The notes beneath the pieces were generated by a model. The model made no database searches. It was given only the letters and a program-made list of their open reading frames with translations, and was not told the DNA's origin. DNA of 64,000 nt. Origin: Candidatus Latescibacterota bacterium. GTDB taxonomy: Bacteria > Latescibacterota > UBA2968 > UBA8231. Location: the NCBI GenBank assembly GCA_965248355.1, contig OZ252098.1, forward strand, positions 3,552,001 to 3,616,000. Reading direction: 5' to 3'. Each line of letters starts with the position of its first letter. Position 1 is the stretch's first letter. Below, piece by piece: positions 47,001-55,706 of the stretch. The translations under genes and the position numbers were made by a program.

Positions 47001-47412
47001 CGCCATCGTCCTCGTCGACTACATCGACGTACTGCGCCGCCGCGACGGCCTCGAGCGCCAGGCCGCCCTCATCCGGGCCGGGCGCACGCGCCTGCGTCCC
47101 GTCATCCTGACGGCGATCACCACCGCCCTCGGCCTGGTGCCCCTGGCCATCGGCCTCAACTTCGACTTCTTCGGCCTCTACGGCCGCCTCGACCCGGACC
47201 TCTTCTGGGGCGGCGAGCAGGCGGCCTGGTGGGGACCGATGGCGATCGCCGTGATCGTGGGGATCCTCTTCGCCACCTTCCTGACCCTGTTCCTCGTGCC
47301 GGTCATGTACTCGCTCACCGACGACATGGGGCGCTTCCTCGGCCGTCACTTCTCGCCAGGCGGCGGGGAGGTGGAAACGCCTGGGGAAAGCGTCCCGGTT
47401 CCAGGCGGTTGA
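44011..47412 (+). CDS. RND efflux permease (AcrB/AcrD/AcrF family)
   Basis: KESFPEIEIP, YPGVSP, ALGMLVDNAIVIVEN, GIVVNNAIVLVD, RLRPVILTAITT..GLVPLA; ATGA overlap. Confidence 0.95.
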   Translation: MTDRPGGLDAFKELPVTSWAVRHGTSMLMLFAIIALAGVLAYRSVPKESFPEIEIPVVAVNTIYPGVSPRDMESLVTRVMEQELRTLPDLKELTSTSVEGYSSVVAEFSTEVDLQEALRQVREKVDLAKGELPADAEEPRIFEFDFQDVPILQVNLSGLYGLVRLKQVGEELEDRLEQIPSVLRVDLRGGREREVQIDVSLPRLLYYGLTLKDVVETVRNENVNIPGGSIDVGELKFLVRVDGEIDDPLAIGDLVVDAPEGRPVYVRDVADVDFGFAERQSYARLDGRPVVTLDVIKRTGENIIETSDAVHAAIAGMEAEFPPGTVVKTTSDMSRDIRMMVSSLENNILSGLLLIVAVLLFFLGVRTSVFVGLAIPTSMLLSFLVLGLLGVTMNMVVLFSLILALGMLVDNAIVIVENTYRYVEEGWDRAVAARKATGEVALPVIASTLTTVAAFGPLLFWPGIVGEFMKYLPTTLIVTLSSSLFVALVIVPVLCSRWLRVEGDRGHRLPSTGRWVLTGLALAAAAGLAAVNAVTLALLAGTALAALLAHRWILGPLARRFQGTGLPWLLDRYEGALGWALGHRLIVVAGSFAVLVATAAAFSKFNHGIEFFPEDIPPRQVWVDVETPVGTRVEFLDGIARELELQVRDVEGFEDAESEVTTVGAGGNPLMGGTRGANNARLMVNFADYQERRFDTFLTLARMQQGVGREIAGAEISVDMPVDGPPQGAPVNIEIVGRDPTVLKDLSDRVLQVLRNAPVGQKLSGLESDLDEARPELAVHVDREKAALYGLSTAQVAGVVRTAIQGTEASRYRTGNDEYDVVVRLAEPWRRDLESLRDLVLENDPGEQIPLVSVADWTVGEGLGSIRRKDMDRMATISSDVRAGLNKNAVLAEVKQSLEPFVEQELPPGYKVRYTGQSEDQAEAEGFLTTAFLAALGLIAFILVTQFNSVIKPVIILTSVIMSTAGVLLGLMVFQMPFGIIMTGVGIISLAGIVVNNAIVLVDYIDVLRRRDGLERQAALIRAGRTRLRPVILTAITTALGLVPLAIGLNFDFFGLYGRLDPDLFWGGEQAAWWGPMAIAVIVGILFATFLTLFLVPVMYSLTDDMGRFLGRHFSPGGGEVETPGESVPVPGG

Positions 47413-47605
47413 CCGTGGACGGGCCTCGCCTACAGGCCCGGTCCCAGACTCGGATCCAGCTCGCGGACGAGGTCCTTCACCTCTCCGACCCGATTCTCAC
47501 CTCCGGCAGCAGTCCCTCAGCGTGCACCGACCCGCGCACCGCGCCGTCCCCGGGAGGAAACGGTCTTGAAATGAGACGGAAACGAGGAACCCCTTTGCCT
47601 ACACC

Positions 47606-47633
47606 TTGACATGAAAAAACAATGACTTAGGAT
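47606..47633 (+). promoter_or_regulatory. sigma70-like promoter of the fic gene
   Basis: TTGACA(47606)-16 bp-TAGGAT(47628) in an AT-rich patch. Confidence 0.55.
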
Positions 47634-47669
47634 GAATCGATCCCGCAACGGGTCGGAAATGAGCCGCAA

Positions 47670-48917
47670 ATGGAGACGCCGGCCGTCAACAGCTACACGA
47701 TACCGCAGCGGTGGATACGCTACGACCCCACGACCGTTTTCGAGTCGCTGGTTCAGGCCAAGGCCACCGCCGGGGTCCTGAATCGAATGCCGTATCTGCC
47801 CCAGTGGATCGAGCAGGTCCACGAGGAACAGCTGCGGCTGGAGGCCGCCGGCACCTCGCGCATCGAAGGCGCCGAGTTCACCCAGGGGGAGCAGGAAGAA
47901 GCCCTCGCTCCGGACCCTCCCGCGCACACCGGGCTGACCCATTCCCAACGGCAACTGCGCGCCGCCGACGCCACCTACCGCTGGATGCGCTCACAGCCGG
48001 CCGACCGATGGGTCTCGACCGACTTCATCCTGGAGACCCACCGGCGCATCGTGACCGGCTGTGACGACGATCAATGCGAGCCCGGAGCACTGCGCCCCCA
48101 AGGCTGGAACGTCACCTTCGGCACGCCGCCCTGCCGGGGGGCCGAAGGCGGCAACGAGTGCCGCATCGCCTTCGATTCTCTCTGTTCCGCCATCGCCGGC
48201 GAGTTCCGGCAACACGACCGGATCATTCAGGCCATCGCCACCCACTACCACGTGGGATCGATGCACCCCTTCGGCGACGGCAACGGCCGCACCGCCCGCG
48301 CCCTGGAGGCGTTCATGCTGCGGCAGGCCGGTGTCAACGACATGGTGATGGTCAGCCTTTCCAATTACTACTACGAGCGCAAGGATGAGTACCTGGCGGC
48401 GCTTTTCGCCTCCCGGCGCGAGGGACACGACCTGACTCCTTTCCTCCGATTCGCCCTCGGGGCCGTCACCGAACGGAGCAACGCAGTCGCCACGCACCTC
48501 GCCGCCAACCATCAGCGCACCCTGTTCCGGGAATTCGCCAGATCGTTGTTCGGGCAGCTCCGCAGTCCGCGCCGCCGGGTCCTGGCGGACAGGCAGCTGA
48601 GAGTCGTGGAGGTTCTGCTTGACGTCGGTTCCCTCAGCCTGAATGGACTTGCGAGCAGGGTATTGGGCGATTACGACGGCCTCAAATTCCCTGAGCGGGC
48701 GTTTGCGCGGGATCTGGTTGGGTTGCTCGAGTTGTCCGCGATCACGCTTGACGACGACCGGGTCGCCGTCAACCTGGACTGGCCGATGCAGTCTTCGGAG
48801 TCGGAATTGCTGCAACGGTTGGAGAGCATGCCCGCTACCGCATCGGCCAGAAATCCGGCCATGGCGAAGTTGTCCCAGCTGTTGGGCCGCGACCGCGGGC
48901 GCGGCATTCCCAGGTGA
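47670..48917 (+). CDS. Fic-family protein (class II-like, with N-terminal inhibitory motif)
   Basis: Canonical HPFGDGNGRTAR motif; TSRIEG matches (S/T)xxxE(G/N); possible C-terminal winged HTH. Confidence 0.92.
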   Translation: METPAVNSYTIPQRWIRYDPTTVFESLVQAKATAGVLNRMPYLPQWIEQVHEEQLRLEAAGTSRIEGAEFTQGEQEEALAPDPPAHTGLTHSQRQLRAADATYRWMRSQPADRWVSTDFILETHRRIVTGCDDDQCEPGALRPQGWNVTFGTPPCRGAEGGNECRIAFDSLCSAIAGEFRQHDRIIQAIATHYHVGSMHPFGDGNGRTARALEAFMLRQAGVNDMVMVSLSNYYYERKDEYLAALFASRREGHDLTPFLRFALGAVTERSNAVATHLAANHQRTLFREFARSLFGQLRSPRRRVLADRQLRVVEVLLDVGSLSLNGLASRVLGDYDGLKFPERAFARDLVGLLELSAITLDDDRVAVNLDWPMQSSESELLQRLESMPATASARNPAMAKLSQLLGRDRGRGIPR

Positions 48918-48918
48918 G

Positions 48919-49288
48919 GTGGCAGAGGGCTATCCCCCCTCCAGCGCCTTCAGCTCCGCCACCGCCCGTTGATGGGCGAACCCGTCGTAGGCATCCCGCA
49001 CCGGTAGTCCGACCGCCTTCTTCAGCAGTTCCCTCGCGCGCTCCCTGCCGGCCTTGCCGGCGAGCTTCGGCAGCCTGAGCGCATAGTCCAGCAGCACCAC
49101 CTTCGACTCCGGGGCCAGCTCCAGGGCGCGCTCGAAGTGGGCGACCGCTTCCTTCCCGGTTGCCCCGTACATGACCCGGGCCATCATGCCTCCGGCACGA
49201 CTGACGATGTCGGCGTTCCACCCGCCGAGGGCCAGGTGCGCCAGGGCGTGGCCGGACTGGAAGTACGCCTCCGGGTTGGCCGTATCGG
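48919..49288. repeat. direct repeat copy 1 (partner 50109..50589)
   Basis: 130 bp identical core 49008-49137 = 50201-50330, with high similarity on both sides. Confidence 0.95.
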
Positions 49289-49372
49289 CGCGCACCGCCT
49301 GCTCGCCCAACCCCAGCGCGCGTTCGGAGCCGCATAGTGCCCGTACACCGCGAGCGAGCGCGCCGCCGCGGT
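48930..49372 (-). pseudogene. 3' remnant of a TPR-like helical-repeat gene, copy 1 (internal deletion, 5' part out of frame)
   Basis: NPEAYFQSGHAL / AHLALGGW / HFERALELAP TPR-like helices; no convincing start; 111 bp shorter than copy 2. Confidence 0.7.
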
Positions 49373-49415
49373 GATATAGCGGAACTGACCCATCTTCTGC
49401 CTAGGTAAGGCTTCA

Positions 49416-49475
49416 TTGACAAGAAGAGACGTGTGGCTTTAATATGGTCATGTGAAAAGACTATATAGTCAGGAG
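49416..49475 (+). promoter_or_regulatory. TA promoter/operator
   Basis: TTGACA(49416)-18 bp-TAATAT(49440); perfect palindrome GACTATATAGTC (49459-49470) abutting the RBS AGGAG. Confidence 0.7.
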
Positions 49476-49483
49476 TTGAGACC

Positions 49484-49723
49484 ATGCGGATGCCCATCAG
49501 CGAGTTCAAAGCCAAATGCACCCAGGTCGTGCGCGAAGTTGGCACCAAATACAGAACTGTGGAGTTGACCAATCGCGGCAAGGTCGTAGCGCAAGTCGTC
49601 CCGCCTGAGCCGGAGACCAAACCCGATCCCCAATCCTTCTTCGGCTCGCTCCGAGGTACTGTCGCGTACCAGCCCGGTTGGGATGAGCCTCTCGGCGAGG
49701 ATGATTGGGAAGCTTGTCAGTGA
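49484..49723 (+). CDS. Phd/YefM-family antitoxin
   Basis: MPISEFKAKC..VV..V......V.LTNRGKVVAQVVP; GTGA overlap with the PIN gene. Confidence 0.9.
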   Translation: MRMPISEFKAKCTQVVREVGTKYRTVELTNRGKVVAQVVPPEPETKPDPQSFFGSLRGTVAYQPGWDEPLGEDDWEACQ

Positions 49724-50118
49724 AGTACTTGCTCGACACCAATGCGTGGATCTGGGCCTTGGAGGCACCGGAAAAACTGCCCGACCCGACAAGAGCAGTG
49801 CTGATGGAGCCGGATCACCTGCCTTTTGGGCTAGCGGCGATCAGTCCTTGGGAAGTAGCAAAAAAAGAGTCCAAGGGGCTTCTGCATTTATCTATGCCCG
49901 TGCGCCAGTGGGTAGCGCACGCCACCCAAGCCCCGTTCATAGAGGTTCTGCCCCTTTCGGTGGATATAGCCCTCGAATCGGCGCATTTGCCTGCTCCATG
50001 CCACAAAGACCCAGCCGACCACATGATCGTCGCCACAGCGCGGATGCACAATCTGGTGCTGATCAGTGCCGACCAACGGCTGCGCGCCTATCCACACGTG
50101 CAAACAAAGTGGCAATAG
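49720..50118 (+). CDS. vapC: VapC-family PIN-domain toxin
   Basis: YLLDTNAWIW, ISPWEVA.K, HKDPAD.MIVATA, LISAD: acidic PIN active-site residues present. Confidence 0.92.
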   Translation: MKYLLDTNAWIWALEAPEKLPDPTRAVLMEPDHLPFGLAAISPWEVAKKESKGLLHLSMPVRQWVAHATQAPFIEVLPLSVDIALESAHLPAPCHKDPADHMIVATARMHNLVLISADQRLRAYPHVQTKWQ

Positions 50119-50589
50119 GGGACTACCCCCCCTCCAGCCCCTTCAGCTCGGCCACCGCCCGTTCGTGGACGAACCCGCCGTAGACATCCCCCACCGGCAA
50201 TCCGACCGCCTTCTTCAGCAGTTCCCTCGCGCGCTCCCTGCCGGCCTTGCCGGCGAGCTTCGGCAGCCTGAGCGCATAGTCCAGCAGCACCACCTTCGAC
50301 TCCGGGGCCAGCTCCAGGGCGCGCTCGAAGGCGACCGCTTCCTTCCTGGTTGCCCCGTACTTGACCCGGGCCATCATGCGCCCGGCGCGACTGACGATGT
50401 CGGCGTTCCAGCCGCCGAGGGCCAGGTGCGCCAGGGCGTGGTGGGGATCGATGGCGAGCGTCGCTTCGAACATTTCGCGGGTCTTGCCCCCGAGGCCTTT
50501 CCGAAGCGCCGTCATCGTGCCCATGCTCTGCGCGTACCGGCCGAGGGCGTGGCCGGACTGGAAGTACGCCTCCGGGTTGGCCGTATCGG
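50109..50589. repeat. direct repeat copy 2 (partner 48919..49288)
   Basis: Direct sequence comparison with copy 1. Confidence 0.95.
50123..50589 (-). pseudogene. 3' remnant of a TPR-like helical-repeat gene, copy 2 (5'-truncated)
   Basis: DTANPEAYFQSGHALGRYAQ...IDPHHALAHLALGGW...FERALELAP; homology to copy 1 stops abruptly at 50589. Confidence 0.7.
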
Positions 50590-50705
50590 TAGTTCATTTC
50601 AGCCTCCGTTGTGCAGCAGTTCAGCGCCCTCCTCAGGACCATCGCCTGAGGCCGGGCACCGGGTCGGTGCGGCCGAGCGAGCGGCGCCGCCCCGCGCCTC
50701 CCTTC

Positions 50706-51749
50706 TCAGCGGCGGGCGCCCTCGAAGGGAGACGGATGCGACAGGGTATCCAGCAACACGTCCGCCGGGGGGGTGAGCCACGAGGCCCGCCCACCGGTGA
50801 GGACGGCCGTCAGCCGGGCCCCGGAGTTGCGCACGTAGCGCTCCCCCTCGCCGGCGGCTCCCCCCACCTCGAGCAAGTCGCGCACACCCTTCTCATCGGT
50901 CAGCTCCACCCGGGCGGAGCCGAAGCCGTAGCCGGCCGAAGCCGCCGGGTCCACGAGGCGCTCCACCCTCACCTGCCGCAGGTAGGTCAGGTAGGCGTAG
51001 ACGCTGGCGTCGACGCAGTTGTCCTCCACGCCCGACTCCCGCTGCAGCAGCCACCGGTAGCGCTCCCGTTCCCCCGCGGGCAGGGGCAGGGCCGGCGCGT
51101 CCTCGGGCAGGGGAGCCAGCACCCGCCGCAGCCGGTAGGCTTCCCCGGGAGCCGTCACCTGCACCTCCACCACGGAACCCCGGCGCTCGTCGCGCGGCAT
51201 CAGGTGCGGGTCGAGCATGGGAGGCCTGGCGGCCCCCAGTTGGAGCAGGGGGTTGGCGTGCAGGTGGAGGACGGTGTCGGAGCCGGCCCTCCGGACATAG
51301 CTCTCCGGTCCGGCCGGCCCCGGGACACCCTTGCCGATCCAGATCTCCCCGAGGGACTCCCCGGCGGTGCCGGCGAGGGTCAGCCGCACGGCCTGCCCCC
51401 CGGTGACGCCGAGGTCGTCGAAGTCGTCCTCGTCGGTGGTGGCCAGGGTGCCGGAGGCGCCGAGCACCTCGTGGAGGAGCCGGTCCACGCGCCCGGAGTG
51501 GGCGTAGGCGCCGAAGTAGGCGGGGAAGCGCCAGGTGTCCCCGCGGCGCTCGTAGACCCAGGGGGACGAGCCCGGGACCTGCAGGGAGAAGCTGCGGACG
51601 CGCTCGGGCTCGACCTGCCCGGAGGGCGGCAGGACCCCCCGCAGGACCGCCGCCTCGTCGCGGGCGGTCTCCCGGGCCCGGCGCACCCAGCCGTCCGTGG
51701 CGACGACGGCCGCCAGAACCCCGGCCAGCAGCAGCAGGTGCCGGGTCAC
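50706..51749 (-). CDS. DUF4340-like membrane-anchored periplasmic protein
   Basis: N-terminal TM; two repeats of the LG/YG....V.LT..G....L.(I/V)G......YVR pattern; usual position after gldG-like genes. Confidence 0.7.
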   Translation of the reverse strand: MTRHLLLLAGVLAAVVATDGWVRRARETARDEAAVLRGVLPPSGQVEPERVRSFSLQVPGSSPWVYERRGDTWRFPAYFGAYAHSGRVDRLLHEVLGASGTLATTDEDDFDDLGVTGGQAVRLTLAGTAGESLGEIWIGKGVPGPAGPESYVRRAGSDTVLHLHANPLLQLGAARPPMLDPHLMPRDERRGSVVEVQVTAPGEAYRLRRVLAPLPEDAPALPLPAGERERYRWLLQRESGVEDNCVDASVYAYLTYLRQVRVERLVDPAASAGYGFGSARVELTDEKGVRDLLEVGGAAGEGERYVRNSGARLTAVLTGGRASWLTPPADVLLDTLSHPSPFEGARR

Positions 51750-54700
51750 GGGCGGGGCCGCCGGTGGATGGACCGCCGCCAGCGCCAGAGCCCCACGAGG
51801 GCGAGAGCCAGCGGAGCACCGCCGATCACGGCGAGACGCCAGGTGGCGCGCGCCTCCGCGCCCGGCGCCGGGAAGCCCCTGGCGGGCGCCCGGGCGCGCC
51901 CCTGCAGCTCGGTCATCCGCGGGCCGAGGGCGACCATGGCCGCGGCGTTGAGCAGCAGCTGGTCGTGGGCGAAGCCGGCGCTGAAGAGACGGTGGTTCTT
52001 GAACATCTCCGAGGAGCCGAGCAGCAGCATCCAGCCGTCCCGGGCCCCGTCGACGGGTTGCCGCTGAAGGCGGGTGCCGCCGCCCTCGGTGTCCACGGTC
52101 TCCACGGCGGGGAAGCGTCCTTCCAGGGTCAGGGCCAGACTCTGGGGGCCGGACAGGTAGCCGCCGCCACGAAGCGTCTCGGGCGGCAGCCAGCCGCCGC
52201 TCCAGTCGTAGGACCAGGCGCGATCCGTCGTCGTCGCCAGCACCTCGGCGCGCAGGCCGGCCTCCCCCAGGGCGGCGGCGTCGACGCGGAAGCGGTTGCC
52301 CCAGATGAACAGCAGATCGCCGAGACGACCGGTCACCGGCGAGGTGCTGGAGTGGTTGGAGCCGAGGGCCCGGATCAGAAAAGGCAGGGCCACACGCTGC
52401 GGGTCGTACTCGCGCACGGCGGCGCGGTTCACCTGGGTGTCGAGCTCAAGGTGATGGCGGCTGCGGTCCATGAGCACCTCGCGCACCTGCTCGACGCCGA
52501 AGAGCCTCAGGTAGCGGTCGAAGTCCTGGAACTGGGGCTGCGGCCAGTGCACGGTCCCGAAGCCGGTGCCGCGGTACTGGCGCTGCTGGATGTTGAAGTG
52601 CTGCATGGCCACCACGGCCCGCCCCCCGCGTGCCAGGTGCCGGCTCAGCCAGGTCAGGACCGGTGTCGAGTCCCTCCGCGGCTGGAACCAGATGACGGCC
52701 CCGGGGTGCTCCGGGAACACGGGCTCGCGCAGCGGCACGTGACGCACGTCGTATCCGTACTCCCTCAGCAACTGCTTGGCGCGGGCATGGACATCCACGC
52801 CCTGGGGAGCGCTCAGGCCCTTCTTCTGGTAGTCCTCGTGGGCCTCGGCCGGCGACAGGCGCGGCAGGTCCGAGATCACCGTGATCACAGGGGCGCGCCC
52901 CTCGTCGAGCCGCTTCAGGGCCGCGGCGAGGAGGAAGTCCAGGTGGGCGCCGGTGTGGCCGTCGAGGCGGGGAATCGAGGTCGAACGGCCGCCCTGGCGC
53001 AGCACCAGCCCGCTGTGGATCTCGGTGGTGACGCTCGTGTCCTGCCAGACGCGCTCCACCTCGAAGGCCGGCACTGCGGGGGCGCGGCCCTCCACGGGAT
53101 GGTGCACTTCGACCACAATTCCCGCGTCTGACAGCACCCCCCGGAGGCGGTCGGCGACGGCTCCCACACTCGACGGCAGCTGCGACCGAGGGGACAGGAT
53201 GAGCTCGGCCCTCAGCTCCCCCGCCCGGTTCCGCAGGGCGTCCACGACCGAGGCGTCCGGCGTGTGCACGCCCGCGGCCGTCAGGTCCCAACGCACCTGC
53301 CCCAGGGGTCCGCGCAGCGCCAGGAAGAGGAGGGCCACAGCCACCACCCCCGCCCCGGCTGCGAGGGCCGGTCCAGGCGCAGGACGGTATCGCCCGCCCG
53401 GGCGGACGCTCCCACGCAGGGTCCGAAAGGCCAGCCCCGCCCACAGGAGCGGCACGAGACCCGCCACGGCCAGGCGCCAGCCCACTCGGGAGGCCCCGGA
53501 CAGGACCGGCAGGCTCGCCGGCCGGCCGCGATCGACCCGCTGCCGCGCCAGCCGCTCCGGGTCGGCGAAGGTGCGCGCCAGGTCGCGGACGAAGACGGCG
53601 TGTCCGTACCCGGCCTGTTCGAGGATCTCGTCGCGGAAGGGGCTGGCCGAGGCCAGCACCAGCAGCTGACCCGCCCACGGGTCCTCCGGGGTGAGCAGGA
53701 CCATCAGGTTCTGCTTGGGCACCGGCAGGGCCTTGGGCAGGTCCTCCAGGCCGAACTCGCCCTCGGGCAGGGCCCGCACCCAGGCGTGCTCGGTGGTGGT
53801 GGCGGCCACGTGGGCCTGGTAGCCGGCCGCGGCCACCCGCCGCGGGTCGACCCGCAGGGGACTGGCGGCGGTGAAGCTCAGGCCGCCCCGCGCCGGCGTC
53901 CGGAAGGGACGGAAGTCGCGGAAGGCGGGCAGATTGCGCAGGTGGAAGGGGGCTTCCACCTCACGCTCCACCCCGTCCACGGAGACCGTCACCGGGCCGG
54001 CGTTGCGGTCCATGACCAGATCCGCCACCGGCTCCAGGCCGAAAGGCTCCAGGAGACGTTCCCAGGCGCTGTCCATCCCCTCGACGCGGAAGCGGACCTC
54101 GCCCTCCTCGCCGGCGGCGTAGCGCACCCGGTAGGCGCTGCCGGCCAGGACGGCGGTCCGTCCCGAGGCCAGGAAGCGGCGCAGCTCGGCGATGTGCTGC
54201 CGCGTCACCCGCCGCGGCTCCAGCCAGAACAGGACGTCCACGTCCCGGGGGATGAAGCCCCCGGCGTCGACGTCGATCTCGAGGACGGGGCCGTGCTGGC
54301 TCAGGTAGCGGGGGAAGCGCCCGTAGCCCGTCGGGGCCGACACGGCGAAGGCGGCCTGGGGCGCCGACTCGCCCGCCGCCAGGCGCGCCGACACCAGGCG
54401 GGCCAGGTGCGGCAGATGGGCGTTCTCGATCCCCTGGATGAGGATGTCCTCCCGCCGGGGGCGCCCCTGCCGGGAGAACACCAGGGAGGACCAGATCTCC
54501 GCCTGGCTCTCGGCGTCGTCGACGACGCGGCGCACCCGGATGGGACTCGCGCGGCGGGAGGCGGCGTAGCGGGCGCCCGCCGGCCCGGAGAGGCCGGGAT
54601 CGACGACGCGGTAGCTGAAGCGCCCGCCGGCGGCCGCCTCCATCTCCTCGAGCAGGGCCCTGGCCGTGGCCTCCACCTCCTTCAAGTGGGAGGGCATGCG

Positions 54701-54913
54701 CTCCCGGCCGCTGACGAAGAGGGTGGCCGCCAGCTCCCCGTCCAGGCCGCGCAGGAGTCTCCGCAACTCGGCCGGCACGGTGGCCGGATGGCGCCCCCCG
54801 GGATCGAGGTGGGCGGCCGGCCCCGCGGCGCCGAGCAGCCGGCCCGCGTAGACCGTGATCCCGAAGAGGAGGACAGCGGCGAGGAGGGCCTGGACCAGGA
54901 AGGTTCGCTTCAA
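51746..54913 (-). CDS. GldG-like ABC auxiliary protein with two tandem GldG modules
   Basis: TM, periplasmic module (FSYRVVDP, LRRFLASG.TAVL), two central TMs, then RWDLT start of a second module (LSRHLARGGRAVV), C-terminal TM. Confidence 0.72.
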   Translation of the reverse strand: MKRTFLVQALLAAVLLFGITVYAGRLLGAAGPAAHLDPGGRHPATVPAELRRLLRGLDGELAATLFVSGRERMPSHLKEVEATARALLEEMEAAAGGRFSYRVVDPGLSGPAGARYAASRRASPIRVRRVVDDAESQAEIWSSLVFSRQGRPRREDILIQGIENAHLPHLARLVSARLAAGESAPQAAFAVSAPTGYGRFPRYLSQHGPVLEIDVDAGGFIPRDVDVLFWLEPRRVTRQHIAELRRFLASGRTAVLAGSAYRVRYAAGEEGEVRFRVEGMDSAWERLLEPFGLEPVADLVMDRNAGPVTVSVDGVEREVEAPFHLRNLPAFRDFRPFRTPARGGLSFTAASPLRVDPRRVAAAGYQAHVAATTTEHAWVRALPEGEFGLEDLPKALPVPKQNLMVLLTPEDPWAGQLLVLASASPFRDEILEQAGYGHAVFVRDLARTFADPERLARQRVDRGRPASLPVLSGASRVGWRLAVAGLVPLLWAGLAFRTLRGSVRPGGRYRPAPGPALAAGAGVVAVALLFLALRGPLGQVRWDLTAAGVHTPDASVVDALRNRAGELRAELILSPRSQLPSSVGAVADRLRGVLSDAGIVVEVHHPVEGRAPAVPAFEVERVWQDTSVTTEIHSGLVLRQGGRSTSIPRLDGHTGAHLDFLLAAALKRLDEGRAPVITVISDLPRLSPAEAHEDYQKKGLSAPQGVDVHARAKQLLREYGYDVRHVPLREPVFPEHPGAVIWFQPRRDSTPVLTWLSRHLARGGRAVVAMQHFNIQQRQYRGTGFGTVHWPQPQFQDFDRYLRLFGVEQVREVLMDRSRHHLELDTQVNRAAVREYDPQRVALPFLIRALGSNHSSTSPVTGRLGDLLFIWGNRFRVDAAALGEAGLRAEVLATTTDRAWSYDWSGGWLPPETLRGGGYLSGPQSLALTLEGRFPAVETVDTEGGGTRLQRQPVDGARDGWMLLLGSSEMFKNHRLFSAGFAHDQLLLNAAAMVALGPRMTELQGRARAPARGFPAPGAEARATWRLAVIGGAPLALALVGLWRWRRSIHRRPRP

Positions 54914-54923
54914 TGCGGCCTCG

Positions 54924-55706
54924 TCAGTACTTGAGGCGCTGCAGGCCGATCCGGGTCATCCACAGGAAGAACGCGCACAGGAGGGCGAAGTAGAGGAGGT
55001 GGTCGAGGCCGACGAGCCCGTTGACGAAGGCCTGGTAGTGGGGCAGACAGGAGACGGACTCGGCCAGCCAGGTCCCCGGCTGCCAGGCCGGGGCCAGACC
55101 GTCGAGGATCTCCACCACCTGCGGATGGCCGCTGAAGACGAGCAGAAAGGCCGTCATGGCCGCGAGCACGAAAGCGACGATCTGATTGTGGGTGAGGCTG
55201 GACAGGAACTGGCCGAAGGCGAGGAACAGGGCGCCCAGGAGCAGGGCCCCCAGGTAGCCGGCCAGGATCATGCCAAGGTCGGGCTCTCCCAGCCACACCA
55301 GCATGACCACGATCGGCAGCGACCCGGCGATCACCACCAGGAAGTAGACGAGGGCGGCCACATACTTGCCGGCCACCACCTGCAGGGGCTCCAGGGGCAG
55401 GGTCAGGAGCAGCTCCACCGTCCCCTGGGCGTGCTCCTCCGACCAGGAGCGCATGGTGATGGCGGGCACGAAGGGGATCAGCAGGAAGGGCAGCACCTCG
55501 AAGTAGGGGGACATGTCGACGACGCCCTCGAGGAAGAAGGCGTTCATGAAGATGGTCCCCGAGAGCACGAGGAAGACGGCGGCGTAGATGTAGGCGATGG
55601 CCGAGTCGAAGATGGCGATCAGCTCGCGGCCGGCGACCAGGCGCGTCCCGGCGGCGAACTCGCGGAGGGCGCGCGACCTTCCGCGAGCCTCAGCCTCCGC
55701 GGCCAT
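54924..55706 (-). CDS. ABC-2 type permease (GldF-like)
   Basis: REL...FDS.IAY, PAITMRSWSEE..QGTVELLLTLP....VV.GKY, SSLTHNQIVAF. Confidence 0.9.
   Translation of the reverse strand: MAAEAEARGRSRALREFAAGTRLVAGRELIAIFDSAIAYIYAAVFLVLSGTIFMNAFFLEGVVDMSPYFEVLPFLLIPFVPAITMRSWSEEHAQGTVELLLTLPLEPLQVVAGKYVAALVYFLVVIAGSLPIVVMLVWLGEPDLGMILAGYLGALLLGALFLAFGQFLSSLTHNQIVAFVLAAMTAFLLVFSGHPQVVEILDGLAPAWQPGTWLAESVSCLPHYQAFVNGLVGLDHLLYFALLCAFFLWMTRIGLQRLKY

Noticed and set aside
47413..47560. Possible gene remnant between the RND permease and fic
   Set aside because: Short frame without a recognisable motif or RBS; cannot be supported without a search.
48919..50589. Direct repeats as IS ends, prophage att sites or a diversity-generating retroelement TR/VR pair
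   Set aside because: No transposase, integrase or reverse transcriptase in the window, no terminal inverted repeats, and differences include indels and non-adenine changes.
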